The position numbers and the translations under genes were made by a program. From the NCBI RefSeq assembly GCF_006345805.1, contig NC_042997.1, positions 150,288,001 through 150,352,000 on the forward strand: a stretch of 64,000 nucleotides of DNA, given 5' to 3'. Shown in pieces: positions 41,161 through 55,201 of the stretch. Each line of letters starts with the position of its first letter. The stretch's first letter is position 1. Source of the stretch: Octopus sinensis. Lineage: Eukaryota. The notes below the pieces were generated by a model. It did no database searches and had not been told where the DNA came from. It was given only the letters and a program-made list of their open reading frames with translations.

Positions 41161-41376
41161 ACAACCCTTTCTGCTATAGACGCGAGGACTGAAATTTCAG
41201 GGGAGGGAACTAATCGATTACATTGACTCGTGTTTTACTGGTACTTAATTTATCGACCCAGAAAAGATGAAAGGCAAAATCGACCTTGGATGAATCTGAA
41301 CTCAGAGTGTATCGACGGGCGAAATATCGCTAAGCATTTCGCCCATCGTGCCAACGATTTTGCCAGCTCGGTGCCT
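41161..41376 (-). mobile_element. SINE family A
   Basis: The reverse complement gives gagctggcaaaatcgttggcacg...gagttcagattc...tttgcctttcatc. Confidence 0.85.
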
Positions 41377-41624
41377 GAATAATTGTAGTGGATGAAATAA
41401 TAACAATAATAATAATAATAATAATAATCATAATAATAATAATAAGCAACCACAATTGCTGCTGCTATTACCATTTCCGCCAATTGTAACTGCTTTTCAT
41501 CCTTCAGGGTCAAGAAAATGAAGAACCAGCTAAAGACTGGGGGTCAATGGTATCCACTTAACACTCTGCCATAAATTTTCAGGCCTTGTGCCAAAATTTT
41601 TAACAGTTATTAATATTCTTAAAG

Positions 41625-41830
41625 CGGTGAGGTGGCAAATATTGTTACAGCTTCAGAGACAATGCTTCGAGTCATTTGTTCGGGTTGTTTACATTTTGAG
41701 TTTAATTCCGCCGGGGTCAAATTTGCCTTTCATCCTTTTGGGCTGATAACATAAAGTACCAGTCAAGTACTGAGGGTCGATAGAATCGAATTTTCTCCTC
41801 CCCTCAAAATTGCAGGCCTGTGTTTGAAAT
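41625..41830 (+). mobile_element. SINE family A
   Basis: Head gcggtgaggtggcaaa and core tttgcctttcatccttttggg. A further 3' fragment lies at ~41490-41600. Confidence 0.75.
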
Positions 41831-42805
41831 AATTACTATCATAATTGTTGTTCTTGTTATTATTCTTTATATTAATAAAAATGTGATAAAAGAAAATCCA
41901 ATATTTGAGTTCAAGTGCTTTGGTGATTTTAACCTTCAAAGAGAAAACGTTATCGAAATACAGCATCCAAGTTTCCTTTGAAAAACAGAGAGAGAGAGAG
42001 AAAGTTAGAGAGAGAGAGAGAGTTAGAGAGAGAGAGAGAGAGAGAGAGAAATAGAAAGAGACAGAGACAGATGGGGAGAGAGAGCGGGAGGGAGGGAGAG
42101 TGGTGAGACAAAAAAAAAGAAAGGAAGGCAAAACGAGAAAGAGTAAAATGGCGAAGTGAGGTAGAGAGAGAGATTGAAACGTCGCTCTTCAAACGTCGCT
42201 GCTAATGCACAAGATGGACATCCTCTTGGAATATCCGCTTTTGCCGCTCATGAAAAACCGTCAGCAGCAATAAATTCTTCGTTTGACAAACGTTTGCTCT
42301 TCTTGATGTGTTTCTTGGTGGCAGTTCTTTTTGTCTTATTGAACCGTCGTATTGTCGCTCTGGTCGTGGTCGTTGTTGATGTTGAAGTGTGTGATGTGAG
42401 TGTTGTTGTCGTTAGTGGCATTGGTATCGACGGCGCTGTTGCTGTTATTGCTGCTGTTACTGTTTATGAGGGTCGGTGTCAGATGTTTCGAAAATTAAAC
42501 ATGTTCGTTAACACGGCAGCTTCTATTAATTGCTATACACTAACATTCACAAATACACTGGCAGCACATATGAACTCCTACACATGCAGACACGAACAGA
42601 TCAATGTTTGTGTTTGTTTGTCTCTACGCATGAGAAATATGTTATCCTCCTGTGTCAGTGTGTGTGTGTGTGTTTGTGGATGTGTGACTGTCTTTTAAGC
42701 AAGTAAAACAAGATTATTTACACAAACTTGGAGTATTCATCGATGTATTGAGGTTCATGTAAACTCGGGCACAGGCAAGCTCGCACACACACACACATAT
42801 AAGTT

Positions 42806-42859
<54 letters not shown>

Positions 42860-43827
42860 CATACACATATATATAATTTAATAGAAACAGTTAGCCGCAA
42901 TGTGATACTATAAAGGAAAAATTTCATCGTCATATATAAATATATATACTAACCTTGAAGCCACTCTTCGGGCGGAATTCAGCCTGGCTCTTGTGGAGGG
43001 CACCTTTGAGGACTTGGGCCTCACTATCGGGCCCTTCGCGTAGCTCTTCTCTTGTGTGCTGCAACTTGTTTCTATAAATGTTCTAAGTACCGATGCTGAT
43101 CATAGTTTAATCAATAAGCGTAGGACCGAGGTAAATGCAGTAAAGATAGGAGTGGGATGAGTGGGACCCCATGTAAGCGCTCCTTCAGAAATTGAATTTC
43201 CTTACGATACTCCCTGGAAGTTCATGGAATGAAATTCATTGTCAGTAGGGCCCAAGTTAGGTGGCTTTTAAGGAACTAAACCCCCTCAGAACATGCCCTG
43301 GGGTAAGGGGAGTTACTGGTTTGAGTTTCGTTGTCCTTGCATCAACGGTCTAGGAAAGTTAACGAACATATAAAAGTAACGGGCAGAGAAACATCACTAA
43401 AATTTATATCAAGAATATATTTCATTAATGTTCAGACAATTTACCAAGTGTATAATTATCGGTTTTCTAACGGTCTTCTAAAATGCCATCAAACGGATCC
43501 ATTCCCTTCATCTACATAACATTGTATAAATAATATGTTATTATGAAGTAAGGATATTAGAATTCCTTTCTTGGCAGTAACTCTGATTTAAATCCAGCAC
43601 GTTTAATCTAGCGAAAATTCATTTTACTTCTCCCTACAGAATAGATGGTATAAGTTAACTACGCCATAAGACTGTAGCATAAGACGCAGTGTAGAGAGCG
43701 ATAATGTAAGAGTGAACGGCTATCTGTAGTTCATTTAGTGAAAAGACGGTTCTCTCTGTTGCTTCGTAAATGCCAAGATTTTTGAAAATTTCGTAAAATT
43801 CGCTATATATGTATAAGGGATAGTGCA

Positions 43828-43887
<60 letters not shown>

Positions 43888-43898
43888 TTTTATATATA

Positions 43899-44308
43899 GG
43901 CGCAGGAGTGGCTGTGTGGTAAGTAGCTTGCTAACCAGCCACATGGTTGCGGGTTCAGTCCCACTGCGTGGCATCTTGGGCAAGTGTCTTCTACTATAGC
44001 CCCGGGCCGACCAATGCCTTGTGAGTGGATTTGGTAGATGGAAACTGAAAGAAGCCTGTCGTATATATGTATATATATATATATGTATGTGTGTGTTTGT
44101 GTGTCTGTGTTTGTCCCCCTAGCATTGCTTGACAACCGATGCTGGTGTGTTTACGTCCCCGTCACTTAGCGGTTCGGCAAAAAGAGACCGATAGAATAAG
44201 TACTTACAAAGAATAAGTTCCGGGATCGATTTGATCGACTAAAGGCGGTGCTCCAGCATGGCCGCAGTCAAATGACTGAAACAAGTAAAAGAGTAAAGAG
44301 AGTAAAGA

Positions 44309-44310
<2 letters not shown>
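43899..44310 (+). mobile_element. Full-length tRNA-derived SINE family B
   Basis: A box tggctgtgtgg, B box gggttcagtcc, an internal TA/TG tract and a 3' (gagtaaa)n end running into (TA)n. Confidence 0.9.
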
Positions 44311-44370
<60 letters not shown>

Positions 44371-44388
44371 ATGTGTGTGTGTATGTGT

Positions 44389-44429
<41 letters not shown>

Positions 44430-44487
44430 TTTATATATGTGCATTTATATATGCATTATATATATGTATTCATATATATATATATAT

Positions 44488-44665
44488 AGTTAATCCAAAC
44501 AAGAAAGCACAAAAACCACAACAACGCGAGGACGTGGAACAAATATAGTATTATTGGACGCGAAGGAAAGAAGGAGAGTCTAACGTTTCGAGCGGAGCTC
44601 TTCATCGGAAACATAGGAGAAGGGAAGACAGAGCAAAAAATATCGCCAACGGCACACAACATGCA
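44488..44665 (-). mobile_element. Short hammerhead-containing repeat (PLE-derived), copy 1
   Basis: Aligns along its length with 56731-56944 (+) and ends tgtttggattaact + (TA)n. Confidence 0.8.
44578..44612 (-). ncRNA. Minimal type-I hammerhead motif (U4C substitution in this copy)
   Basis: Minus strand: GUUU CCGAUGA A GAGC-UCC-GCUC GAAA CG UU^AGAC. Stem III is the palindrome ACGU and stem I is GUUU/AGAC. Confidence 0.65.
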
Positions 44666-45391
44666 TATTGTAGGGGGCTGGTAAACATACATTTTGGATA
44701 TGTCGCGGTAAAGAATCGTTAGACGAATTCTTGGAACTGAGTCAAGCGACAGGATACCTAGAGGTACATGAGACCGAGGCGGTTCAGTAACACCCATTGT
44801 CTTATTTGGTTTTGCTTATGTATGTAGCCGGAATGCATAATGATAGCAGCTTCATTTAAGACCATATGGAGGAGATGCCTGAGTACTCAACCTGTATGAT
44901 GCCCCTAGGACAAATGGGTGGAGAAGATGTATGGATGGATGTGTGCGTGTGTGTATCCTCTGACTAGGTTTTTGTCACCCCATATTCTAACATATAAGTG
45001 AAATTCTTTTACGCCACTTGTAACCATAGTGATATTTTCAATTCCTAGACTTTATTCTGATTTAAAACCTTTACATATTATTTGCTCTAATTCTATGCTG
45101 AATGTTATTTCCTGAAAACGTGTGTTGAATTGATCTACAAGAGATGGAAAGTAACCGAGTCAAATGCAAAAAAAATTGTGACGATTTGGAAGGGTAAAAT
45201 ATCAATGAAATCCGAAAAACTGAATTGCGTTCTTTTGTATTGAGGGCGATTGAATTTTACCTCTGCAGTAACGCTCTTCATCTGGAAGACATTTTCTTTG
45301 GTTGTAATGATTTTGAAAATGTAGAGTCTGATCTCTGCAATATCTGTGTGTGCGTGTTTAATTACATACGACAGACCTCGCCGCAAATTCC

Positions 45392-45950
45392 ATAGTTACA
45401 TAAATATCAAGTAGAAACATGCTTACAATTCGGGACCTGATCAGGAATTATCTCCCAGAAAAAAAGAAAAAAAGTTTGAGGTGCATATTCCCAGCCTTTC
45501 ACATTCAATAATGAATTTCGATTAGTGCGATTCATAAATAGTGTCACATCTAATCACATAAGTTTCTCACCTTCCAAGGACACATTAATTTAATATATAA
45601 TTATTGATTACTACGTATGAGCTATTTTATTTATTCATGGGTGTCGATATTCTATAGTTACATAAATATCCAGTTGAAACATGCTTACAATTCGGGACCT
45701 GATCAGGAATTATCTCCCAGAAAAAACAGAAAATAGATTGAGGTGCACATTCCCAGCCTTATAGTTGTTTCACATTCAATAATAAATTTCGATTAGTGCG
45801 ATTCATAATAGTGTCACATAATCTTAGTTTGTCTCTTCTGTTTTAACATCTAATCACATAAGTTTCTCACCTTCCAAGGACACATTAATTTAATATATAA
45901 TTATAGATTACTACGTATCAGCTATTTTATTTATTCATGGGTCTCGATAT
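45392..45950. repeat. Diverged tandem duplication (units 45392-45650 and 45654-45950)
   Basis: Collinear units with substitutions and two main indels (~8 nt and ~30 nt). Confidence 0.95.
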
Positions 45951-47254
45951 AGAAGTTATTCAAGGATGTAATGGCTGTATTTATTAAAGAAGTTAATAGG
46001 AAAACGTCCCTGACCTGTTTTACAAGCCATTGGAAACTAATTTGGGGAAAGGGATGATGAAACTATACCGCATTCATTGCTGCAATAGAATGCAGCGCAT
46101 TTAGAGATCTTTCTGAAGACTAGAGCAATGTCTAGTCTGCTTTCCGTTAAAACATGGAGTACTATCAAACCAATGGGCTTACACAGCATATTTGTAACCT
46201 ATACAGTGTGTCTATTAACTTTTCTGGCTGTAAACGACTAAATTTACACGTAGTGTAATAAAGCCACAGGACTAGAAAGTGGCCGTTGTAGGACCAAGTT
46301 ACTCTCTGAGCTTAATGCGTGCATTGTGACTAAAATATTTATGAAGTATGATCTCTTGCAGAAGAGAGAAAATATTTACTAGAAATGAAAGGAAAACAAG
46401 TTTTCCTAAAATATATAGTTTCGTGTTAGGTAACACAACATATAAATAATAGCAATGGTTTACACGCGGGGCATGAATGCATGTGCAGGTTGATCTGTAA
46501 GTTATCTAACTCAGGTAAAGTTAAACATTGTCTGAACAACATCTGAACGATTTCATTAATTCTTAGTATTTGGTTAGTAATAATATAATACGCCAATGCC
46601 AGCGAACCACAAATATATCTGTTGACAGGGTTTTCAAATGAATTCTGCTGAACACACAAATTCTTTATTTGAGGATGATATTATTAATATTAATCAGAGT
46701 ACGTTCGTTCTGAGTTCAAATTCCGCCGAGTTCGACGTTGCTTATCGTCATTTCGGAGTTGTTAAAATAAGCACTTGTTCAATTTCTGCCAACATTTGAA
46801 ATGAATATAGACGCGTGGAGTCACGATTCACTACGCAACCACATGGTTCTAGTATTTACGACTGTGGCCAACTAATTCTTGTGTGTGTGTGTATGTGTGT
46901 GTGTGTAAACTATCAAAAGCAATTAATACAGTAGAATCCAATAATTAAACACAGAATGTGTAAATTCTGGGAATAAATCCCATTATGTCTGGTTCTTTTG
47001 TCTTAGACAATACAACAGGGACAATAGAACTGATGCTGCTGTGTAGTGTTTCGGGAACGACACACTTATAAATGAATAGTATAAGTATATACCAGAAAAC
47101 AAAGGGACAATACGTTACGATACACCTATCTGCACAAGCTCGAAAATGAAAAAAATGAATCAATTGGAGATTATTGGCTAAGTAGTCAGAAAAGCTTTTA
47201 TCTCCCTACTGAATGATTTCTTTTTAAAGTGAATAGAGAAATTATCAAAATATT

Positions 47255-47435
47255 GGTTTCAAATTTTGGCACAAGCCTAACAGTTTCGGGGAAAGGGCAT
47301 CAACTCTAGTGCTTGGCTGGTACATATTTTAACGATCTTGAATGCATGACTGGCAAAGTCGACCTCGGTGGAATTTAATCCCAGACTATAGAAACGAACG
47401 AAATTCCGCAAAGCAATTTGCCAGCTTACCGCCTT
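47255..47435 (-). mobile_element. SINE family A (degenerate)
   Basis: The reverse complement begins ggcggtaagctggcaaa and ends tgtgccaaaatttgaaacc. Confidence 0.75.
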
Positions 47436-48635
47436 GGAAATTATCAAAACCTTGGGATCTAACATATATATATATATATATATATAAGACTATTGTGGAG
47501 ATTGAAAACCGAAATACACAATATACTAATACTCACAAAATAATTACAAACCTGTAGCCATAGTCGAACAAGGACTTATTCTTTGTAAGCCTAGTACTTA
47601 ATCTAATTCATATAACATATTTTTCTTGGCCTTTGGACTCGAACGCTCATTTCCTTGGTCCCATAACGTGTAAGTGACCGAGATCACAACGTACCCCTTG
47701 CAAGAGTGGCTGGGCAGTTGGAGGGTTCAACAATACCACTAGACACACACCACACATAGTTTGCTTAGACACCAATGTCCTGATCGTGCCCGACGCGTTG
47801 TACAGTAAAATTATACGATAAAAGTTTTTAAAATGCTTAAAAGATAGTTTGTAACAGAGGGACGCTGGCAAGAATTTTAGGAATGGAGCATATGCTGTCT
47901 CATTACTTGACTGCACTTCATTTTATTGGAGAGATGTAATATAAAATTGTTATCGACAGTATTTGAGCTGAGACGATAAGTATACTAAACCAATACCACG
48001 ACTCATTTTTGTTCCATCTAACAATTATAGCTATCGCCGTTTAATAATATTTATATATATTGTCGTTTCCATTCGTTGTAATTTTAGATTTTTTTTTCTG
48101 ATTCTCAATATTAAACCAACTTTTAAGATTTTATTTTATTAAAACTTTTCACTAAATCAATTTCGTTATCGACACTTACCTGTATCAATGATATTGGCAG
48201 CTCTCTTCAGTGGAAAATAAGAAAAAGGAATGGTCAGCTGAAACGTGACTTAAACTAACTTAATAATAGACAGTATAATACTACTTAGAATAGTTCGTGC
48301 TCAAATATATTGAATGAAATAAGCGGAACAGACAAATTTAGATAGTTACGTATATACATCATACATGCATGCATACTTCCACATACATCACCATGTACAT
48401 CGAGAATGATAGAGAAAGGAAGAGTGAATTATATGTGTATCTATATAAACTTTAACATATGCTTCTGTATATGACGTGTGTATGTGTGTGCCGAAATACA
48501 TGCAGACGTGTGTGTGTGTGTGTGTGTATATATGTTCTGTTTTTTATTTCATTTGATGCATATTCCCTCTCACCTCTGCTAGCTGGCATATACAGGTGCT
48601 TACCCTTATCAAGTATTCACCCTGAATTTATTGTA

Positions 48636-48692
<57 letters not shown>

Positions 48693-48804
48693 TATATGGT
48701 ACATATATAAATGCACAAATGCACAACAGTAATCAGCGGGACAATATAAAAAATACATCATTTAAAGACATTAGTTTAAGATTATATGAATTACATACAC
48801 ACAT

Positions 48805-48845
<41 letters not shown>

Positions 48846-51800
48846 TGTGTGTGTGTGTGTGTGTGTGTGCGTGTGTGATAATGTGCCGGAGATACATGCG
48901 ATGTCATGATGATCCTAAAATTGCAAATACAAATAATTTATGTGATAAACAGCCGCTCGCACGCATTCAAATAAGCACAAATGTAAATGTACAAATATAT
49001 AAATATCTGTATATAGATAACATTATGTGAATGGACGAATTTATATCTTTGCGCTATATTGGGTTTCACCCTTCTTACTGTTGAGTTATAGGTAGCGTTG
49101 CAAGCTTCCGTTAATATGTGAGTAATTTGTCTTGTTTGCGTTGTAGCACCCATTGTTGCTAGGCAATTCAAAAGGCAGAACCGGTAACGCATTATGCTAC
49201 CTCGAGTTTTTGATGTTGTTTTAATTAATGCTTTCGTTTTGTTTTCGTTTTTCTTTGTTAATTATTTAGCATATTACTATGTATAATTAAAATTGCCCTA
49301 GAGCTTTAATCAAGAGAAATCTTGTCTCAGTTACATTTCTGCTTATCATAAAAGTTCCAGCAACAAATTAATTATTATTTCTCTTAGCGCTTTCATCTTT
49401 TCTTCTTCAGCCTACCCTTTTGTCTTTCTAATTCCTACTCTCTCCGTCTCTCCCTCAGTATATATATCATACTGTCCCTTTAGTTCTATATTCTATATCT
49501 ACTTCACCCAACATCTCTCTATATATCTATCATACACACATACACACACATGTATAAGTATGTATGTTTATTCGTGAAACATCTAGCTTCTCAACGTCAC
49601 TCTATGCTGCCTCTCTTTTATCACGAGGTAAATAATGTTCACTTGATACATTAGTCATAATTATAATCGTTGAATACCATAAAGTATGCCGCAGCCTTTG
49701 AGGGAAATTCAATATCCAGGAGTATATTGATGCTTAGAACGGTGAAGTTTCCTGTATAAAAGCTCCCTGTTGTGCCAGAACATACGTGGTTAATCATGAT
49801 GATCATGATTGAAAGGAGGAATATAATAGGAAATACGAGGAGGAGATGCATGACGAAGAGGAACTGCGCAAAAAATGCATGCAAATTCAAAAGCAAAAAA
49901 TAATAAGAGCCGCTGATTAGAAAATGTAAAGACGCAAGAAATATATTGCTAACAAATAAACGTTAATACACTACGGGTTTGTTCTAATCCTTAATACGAA
50001 TGTTTAAATTCCAAATTATTACTGCAGCCGTCTAAATAGTCTGAACCACGCCATCATTACTATACTCTTGATCCTTCACGTCAAGTGGAATTTGTTTATC
50101 TTCTGTGCTTAAAGCCGGGCACAAACGGGAGAAGGGTATAACTTTCGTATTGATTTTCCTCAGACCGTTCGCAGGAATCATTATCGTAGTTACTACTTTG
50201 GAAAGCAAATACTTAAGAAATATGAACTAGGTAGGATAACAATTTTTTCCTTTCTTACATTGTTTTATATATTTTTTACTTTTTTTGCTTCGTGTTCCTA
50301 TAATGAGCAATTCGATGGATAAAGAACTAAAAAACGCTGAAGTTTGTCACATTGTAACATTTTGACTTTATCTTTCTCATTGGCCGTTAAATGTGAAATG
50401 GATGTTTTATGCTGCATAAGATTGTTTTGAAAGTTGCTTCGGTTTATTTATTTAATTATTTTATTTATTTATTCATTTTTACGAATTCAGTTTTGAAAGA
50501 CAAAGCATTAATGCAAACTATTTTTGTCGACAGGATATGAATGACTTAACGTTGTCAGTCTAAACACTTAAATGGCGTTTTATGAGATTCTTCTGAGTGT
50601 CTTTATGAAGATTTCCGATTTGAATTAACGGGCATTCATTGTAGCACGTTTTCTTAAGATTCATTCTGTCGTCTTTTACGTGGGAACACACTTGCAAATA
50701 GGAAACATATTAAGCATGCCATGTGACCGTAGAGTAATCATGCGCACGCATACATATTGAAGTGTAAACTATAGTGATGTATACTGTGATAAACGCTATA
50801 TAACACGCGATAACATTCTGGTATTTTTAGTATAAACAATTGTGAAAGTGGGCACATATCATAACATGTAATGCACCATACTTGCGTTAAGCATTGAACG
50901 ATAATCAGGAAAGAAAAGTAACGGTAACATTCAAAGAAACATACATAATGCGGAAAAAAAGTTAAATATACAGTGCTACCTGCTCTGGAGCAAATTCTTG
51001 AATACCCAGGAAAATCACTTGTGTGTAGAATGCTCAAAATAATCTGTAACATTCAACTTTGTTTGCAATGTAAAGGCAATGATAGAGCGTATGTTTTGAC
51101 ACCAAGTGAAACGTAAACCTAATAGATAAATGGCAAATTTTTTGCAAAGAGTTATTTTGTCAGAGAGTGCAGCATATGGGATAAGAAACCAGTGAAGCTA
51201 GCCTTTAAAGCAAACATTGCGAAAGCGTTTGTAAAGGACTGTTACTCCACCGAACAATTTTTCATAACACTCGTTCATTTACTGATTACCAATATGATTG
51301 ACGATGGAGTTTGTCTTACCATGCGGTTGGATGTGAGTACAAGCTACAGACGACGTCCAACGGGATTTATATACGTGTGTGTGTCTATGTGTGTGTGTGT
51401 GCACCTAGCATTCTCACCAACTGCAACTGGAACGATTTTCTTCTGTTTCTGACATATATTTTACTTTTAAAAACAGCACGTCCAAAAGAGATATTATCTC
51501 CGGACGAACACCGCAGTAAATCCACATTTTCTTATGTATTTACATTAAGCATTTTACACAGATGTCTATATTTTATATATGTATGTATTTGTTTAATGTT
51601 TCTATATATTCACGGCTAAATCGCCTGTCACGATGAATGCAACAGAAAGAATCCTGCGTTAAATGAAATATGTGTGAATGTGTGTGTTATGTTTTATACA
51701 TGTATTACTTGTTTGTGTGTAAACTGAATGACTGAAGAATTCATCGCAACTCGGCTGTGAAGACAAAAAGGCTACAATAACAGATATGATTGCAAGATAA

Positions 51801-52176
51801 CAAAACTTCCAGAGCTTTGAATAAATAGAGAGAACTGTTTTGCCTTTATCTTAACCCTTGAACTCAAAACCTTCTATTAGTTTTGGCATGTACAATTTAA
51901 GAGGCTTACATCAAAGGAAGATTTGTGTTTTATTTTTTACATTCATCTCATTCGCTTTCATTTGTATTTTCGGAGAATATTACATTTTGCAACGCCAAAC
52001 AATCCTATTCAAATATCATGTTCTTCTGTAACTTTCTAGTTGGCTTTCTCTAAATCTTACGCCATCTCTTTTCCCTCACTCTGTCTGTCTGTCTGTCTCT
52101 CTCACACACACACACACAATTACTTATACGCACACAAAAGTAAATGTATGTAAATACATACATATATATATATATA

Positions 52177-52225
<49 letters not shown>

Positions 52226-52274
52226 TATGTGTATATATATATATATGTATATATAGATATTATATATATATATA

Positions 52275-52309
<35 letters not shown>

Positions 52310-52679
52310 AGAAATGTTATTCACAGACAGTTTTCGCCAGACAAACTAAAACAAACAAAAACAAAATAAAATCATATAAATAATAATTAGAAATGGCTTC
52401 TGATCGGAGACAGAAATATTTGGTGCATGTTATTTTTGTTTTCTTTCCATTTATCCTTCTATTCTTTTCAGGGAAATCAGCCATGAAATGCACAAATGAA
52501 TCTAGAAATGCTAGAAATTGTTACTAATATTTAGTAAACTCTGCAAGATTCGAATATCTAAAGTAAAGTATAGCGAAATAATTCATGCAGTAAAATACAA
52601 TCAGATTCTGCGAACCCCTGCGGCTATTGTATCTTCGAATATAAGCAAGTATGTTAGTATATTTATATTCCTTTCTCCT

Positions 52680-52681
52680 CC

Positions 52682-52724
<43 letters not shown>

Positions 52725-52740
52725 ATATATATATATGTAT

Positions 52741-52822
<82 letters not shown>

Positions 52823-53219
52823 ATATATATATGTAGTATATAATATTATATGTATGTATATATGTATGTATATATATATATGTATGTATATATAATATAT
52901 ATGTATTATATATATATATGTATGTATATATATATGTATGTATAATATATATATGTATGTATATATATTATAATAGTATGTAATAATATATATGTATGTA
53001 TATATGTATATATATATATGTATATATGTATATATATAATATGTATGTATGTATATATATATGTAACTATGTATATATATGTATGTTTATATGTATATAT
53101 ATGTATGTATTTGTACGTATTGTATATGTACATATGTGTATACATACTATATTAATTTATATATTATATATGTATGTATATATGTAGGTATATATTATAG
53201 ATATATACTATATTATAAT

Positions 53220-53285
<66 letters not shown>

Positions 53286-53290
53286 CGTGT
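52680..53290. repeat. ~600-bp degenerate (TA)n/(TATG)n array
   Basis: Directly visible and almost devoid of C on the + strand. Confidence 0.95.
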
Positions 53291-54559
53291 GTGTGAATGT
53301 ATAATATACATTTATATGTATATATGCGTGTACATATATACATGCATTGCTATATATTTGGTTTTTTTTTTACCATAACTTTTATCGTTTTAAGGCCATA
53401 TCGCTATATTAAGCAAAGTAAATTAGACAACATATATTTAGATGACTTCTCATTATTCACTGCTATAACGGTATTTTCGCTATGATCGTCCGCTCAAAGG
53501 ACCACTGACCGCACCGAATTGCATTGAGAAGATCAGTTACTGTCACCTAATCGCATCGCTGAGTATGGCGAGAATGAATATGAATGAATTGAGTGCATGA
53601 TTTAATAATTTAATCTAAGTAATAACTAGGGATAAAGAAAGACCATCTTAGAGTGAAACAGTAAGGCGTGATAACTTTTTGTTGTTGCTTGTGGATGATG
53701 GTAATGGTGGTGTTTCTTTTGCGCAGATCAACCGTATTCGGGGCAATGTATGATAAAATACATTCCCTGCATGACCGTCCTTTCTTTACGTTTGAGAATT
53801 AGATATTGAAAACCAGTTTTTATCGTCTTTTTACTTGGTTTTTAAGACAGTATCTAGCATATTGAAAGAACGGGTAGTATCTCTTTTATTGGCTTAGATG
53901 ACAGCGTAGCGATACCTTCTTTCGCTTATGAGGTTTATGTTACATACAGTTAGACGGCAGCTCCAAACAGTAAACAGTAAAGAATAATAAAAAAAAACTA
54001 GCAAACGGTAAGCAAACTAGAATGTGAGAAGGAAGAAAAAGTCAGTTGTATCATCTCCGCTACTTGACCGATATTTTAGTTTAAGAATATCAGAAAGGTG
54101 AAGTGCAAAGTTGACCTCGGCATGCATTGAAATAAGAATGCAAATAACTGGAAAAAATAGAGCAAGTCATGGTGTTCAAGACCGGATCGATTCTGCTACG
54201 CCAAGGTTCCCTTTAACGCTAATAATATTGATTTTTGAAGTGCTTAGATGTTTACAACGTTTCGAATATGAGCACAGTATATTGTTTACAGTTATTTCAT
54301 CCAATTTAGGCGGAGAAAAATAGATTAGAACGTGTTGAAATTTTCATTAAGAACCTAAAGTGATTAAGCAAAATACTTCTTACCATTTTGTCCTAACATC
54401 TTCTGCTTTTCCTGCCTAAACATACAATTACTATGTAACGACGATATTCAGTTATGTGTGTGTGTCTTTGTGTGTGTATCTTCAAATCCAGCAAAGTTTC
54501 CGTAAACTTTTGAATGAATTGTAAAATATTTAAAACGTTAATATTAAATACACACTGAT

Positions 54560-54772
54560 GCGGTGAGCTGGTAGAATCGTTAGCAAACCGACAAAGTGCT
54601 TAGCGATATTTCGTCCTGTCTTTACGTTCTGAGTTCAAATTCCGCCGAGGTTGATTTTTACCTTTGATCCTTTCTGGAACGATAAAATACGCACCAGTTG
54701 AGTACTGGGGTGCGATGTAATCGGCTTACCTTCTTCCTCGAGCTTGCTGACCTTCTGCCAAAATTTGAAACC
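54560..54772 (+). mobile_element. SINE family A, best-preserved copy (Nin/Deu-domain-like core)
   Basis: A-box-like tggtagaatcg and B box gagttcaaattcc. The core ccgaggttga...ccttt.atccttt...gataaaata...accagt resembles the Nin/Deu SINE domain, and that assignment is an inference. Confidence 0.88.
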
Positions 54773-55138
54773 AATATTAATGAACATTTATAAAAAAAAT
54801 CTCGATCATGTTTTTGACACTGCTCTCAGCTTTTCATTCAAAATCGCTAAACTTACACTTATTTACTTCTAAATCATTTATTCACAACATTTTGATATGC
54901 GTTTTCAGTCATCAACTTTACAAGCCACTTTTTACAGGCATAGAAAATTGGATGTCAATAGGTAAAACGTTTCTTGAAAATAAATATGAACAGTACTGGT
55001 TTTGATGAAATTATGTTCAATCTGTAAATGAAATTGTGGTTTTCTCATTGTTCAATATATGATTAAAATGTGATGTCTCTTAGAGTGATACGTGGATTCT
55101 GGCATAAACAAGTAAATATAAAATCATCTAACAGGAAC

Positions 55139-55201
<63 letters not shown>

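Noticed and set aside
46114-46140. CUGAAGA followed by the hairpin agactaga/tctagtct
   Set aside because: No GAAA follows the stem and there is no stem I or III.
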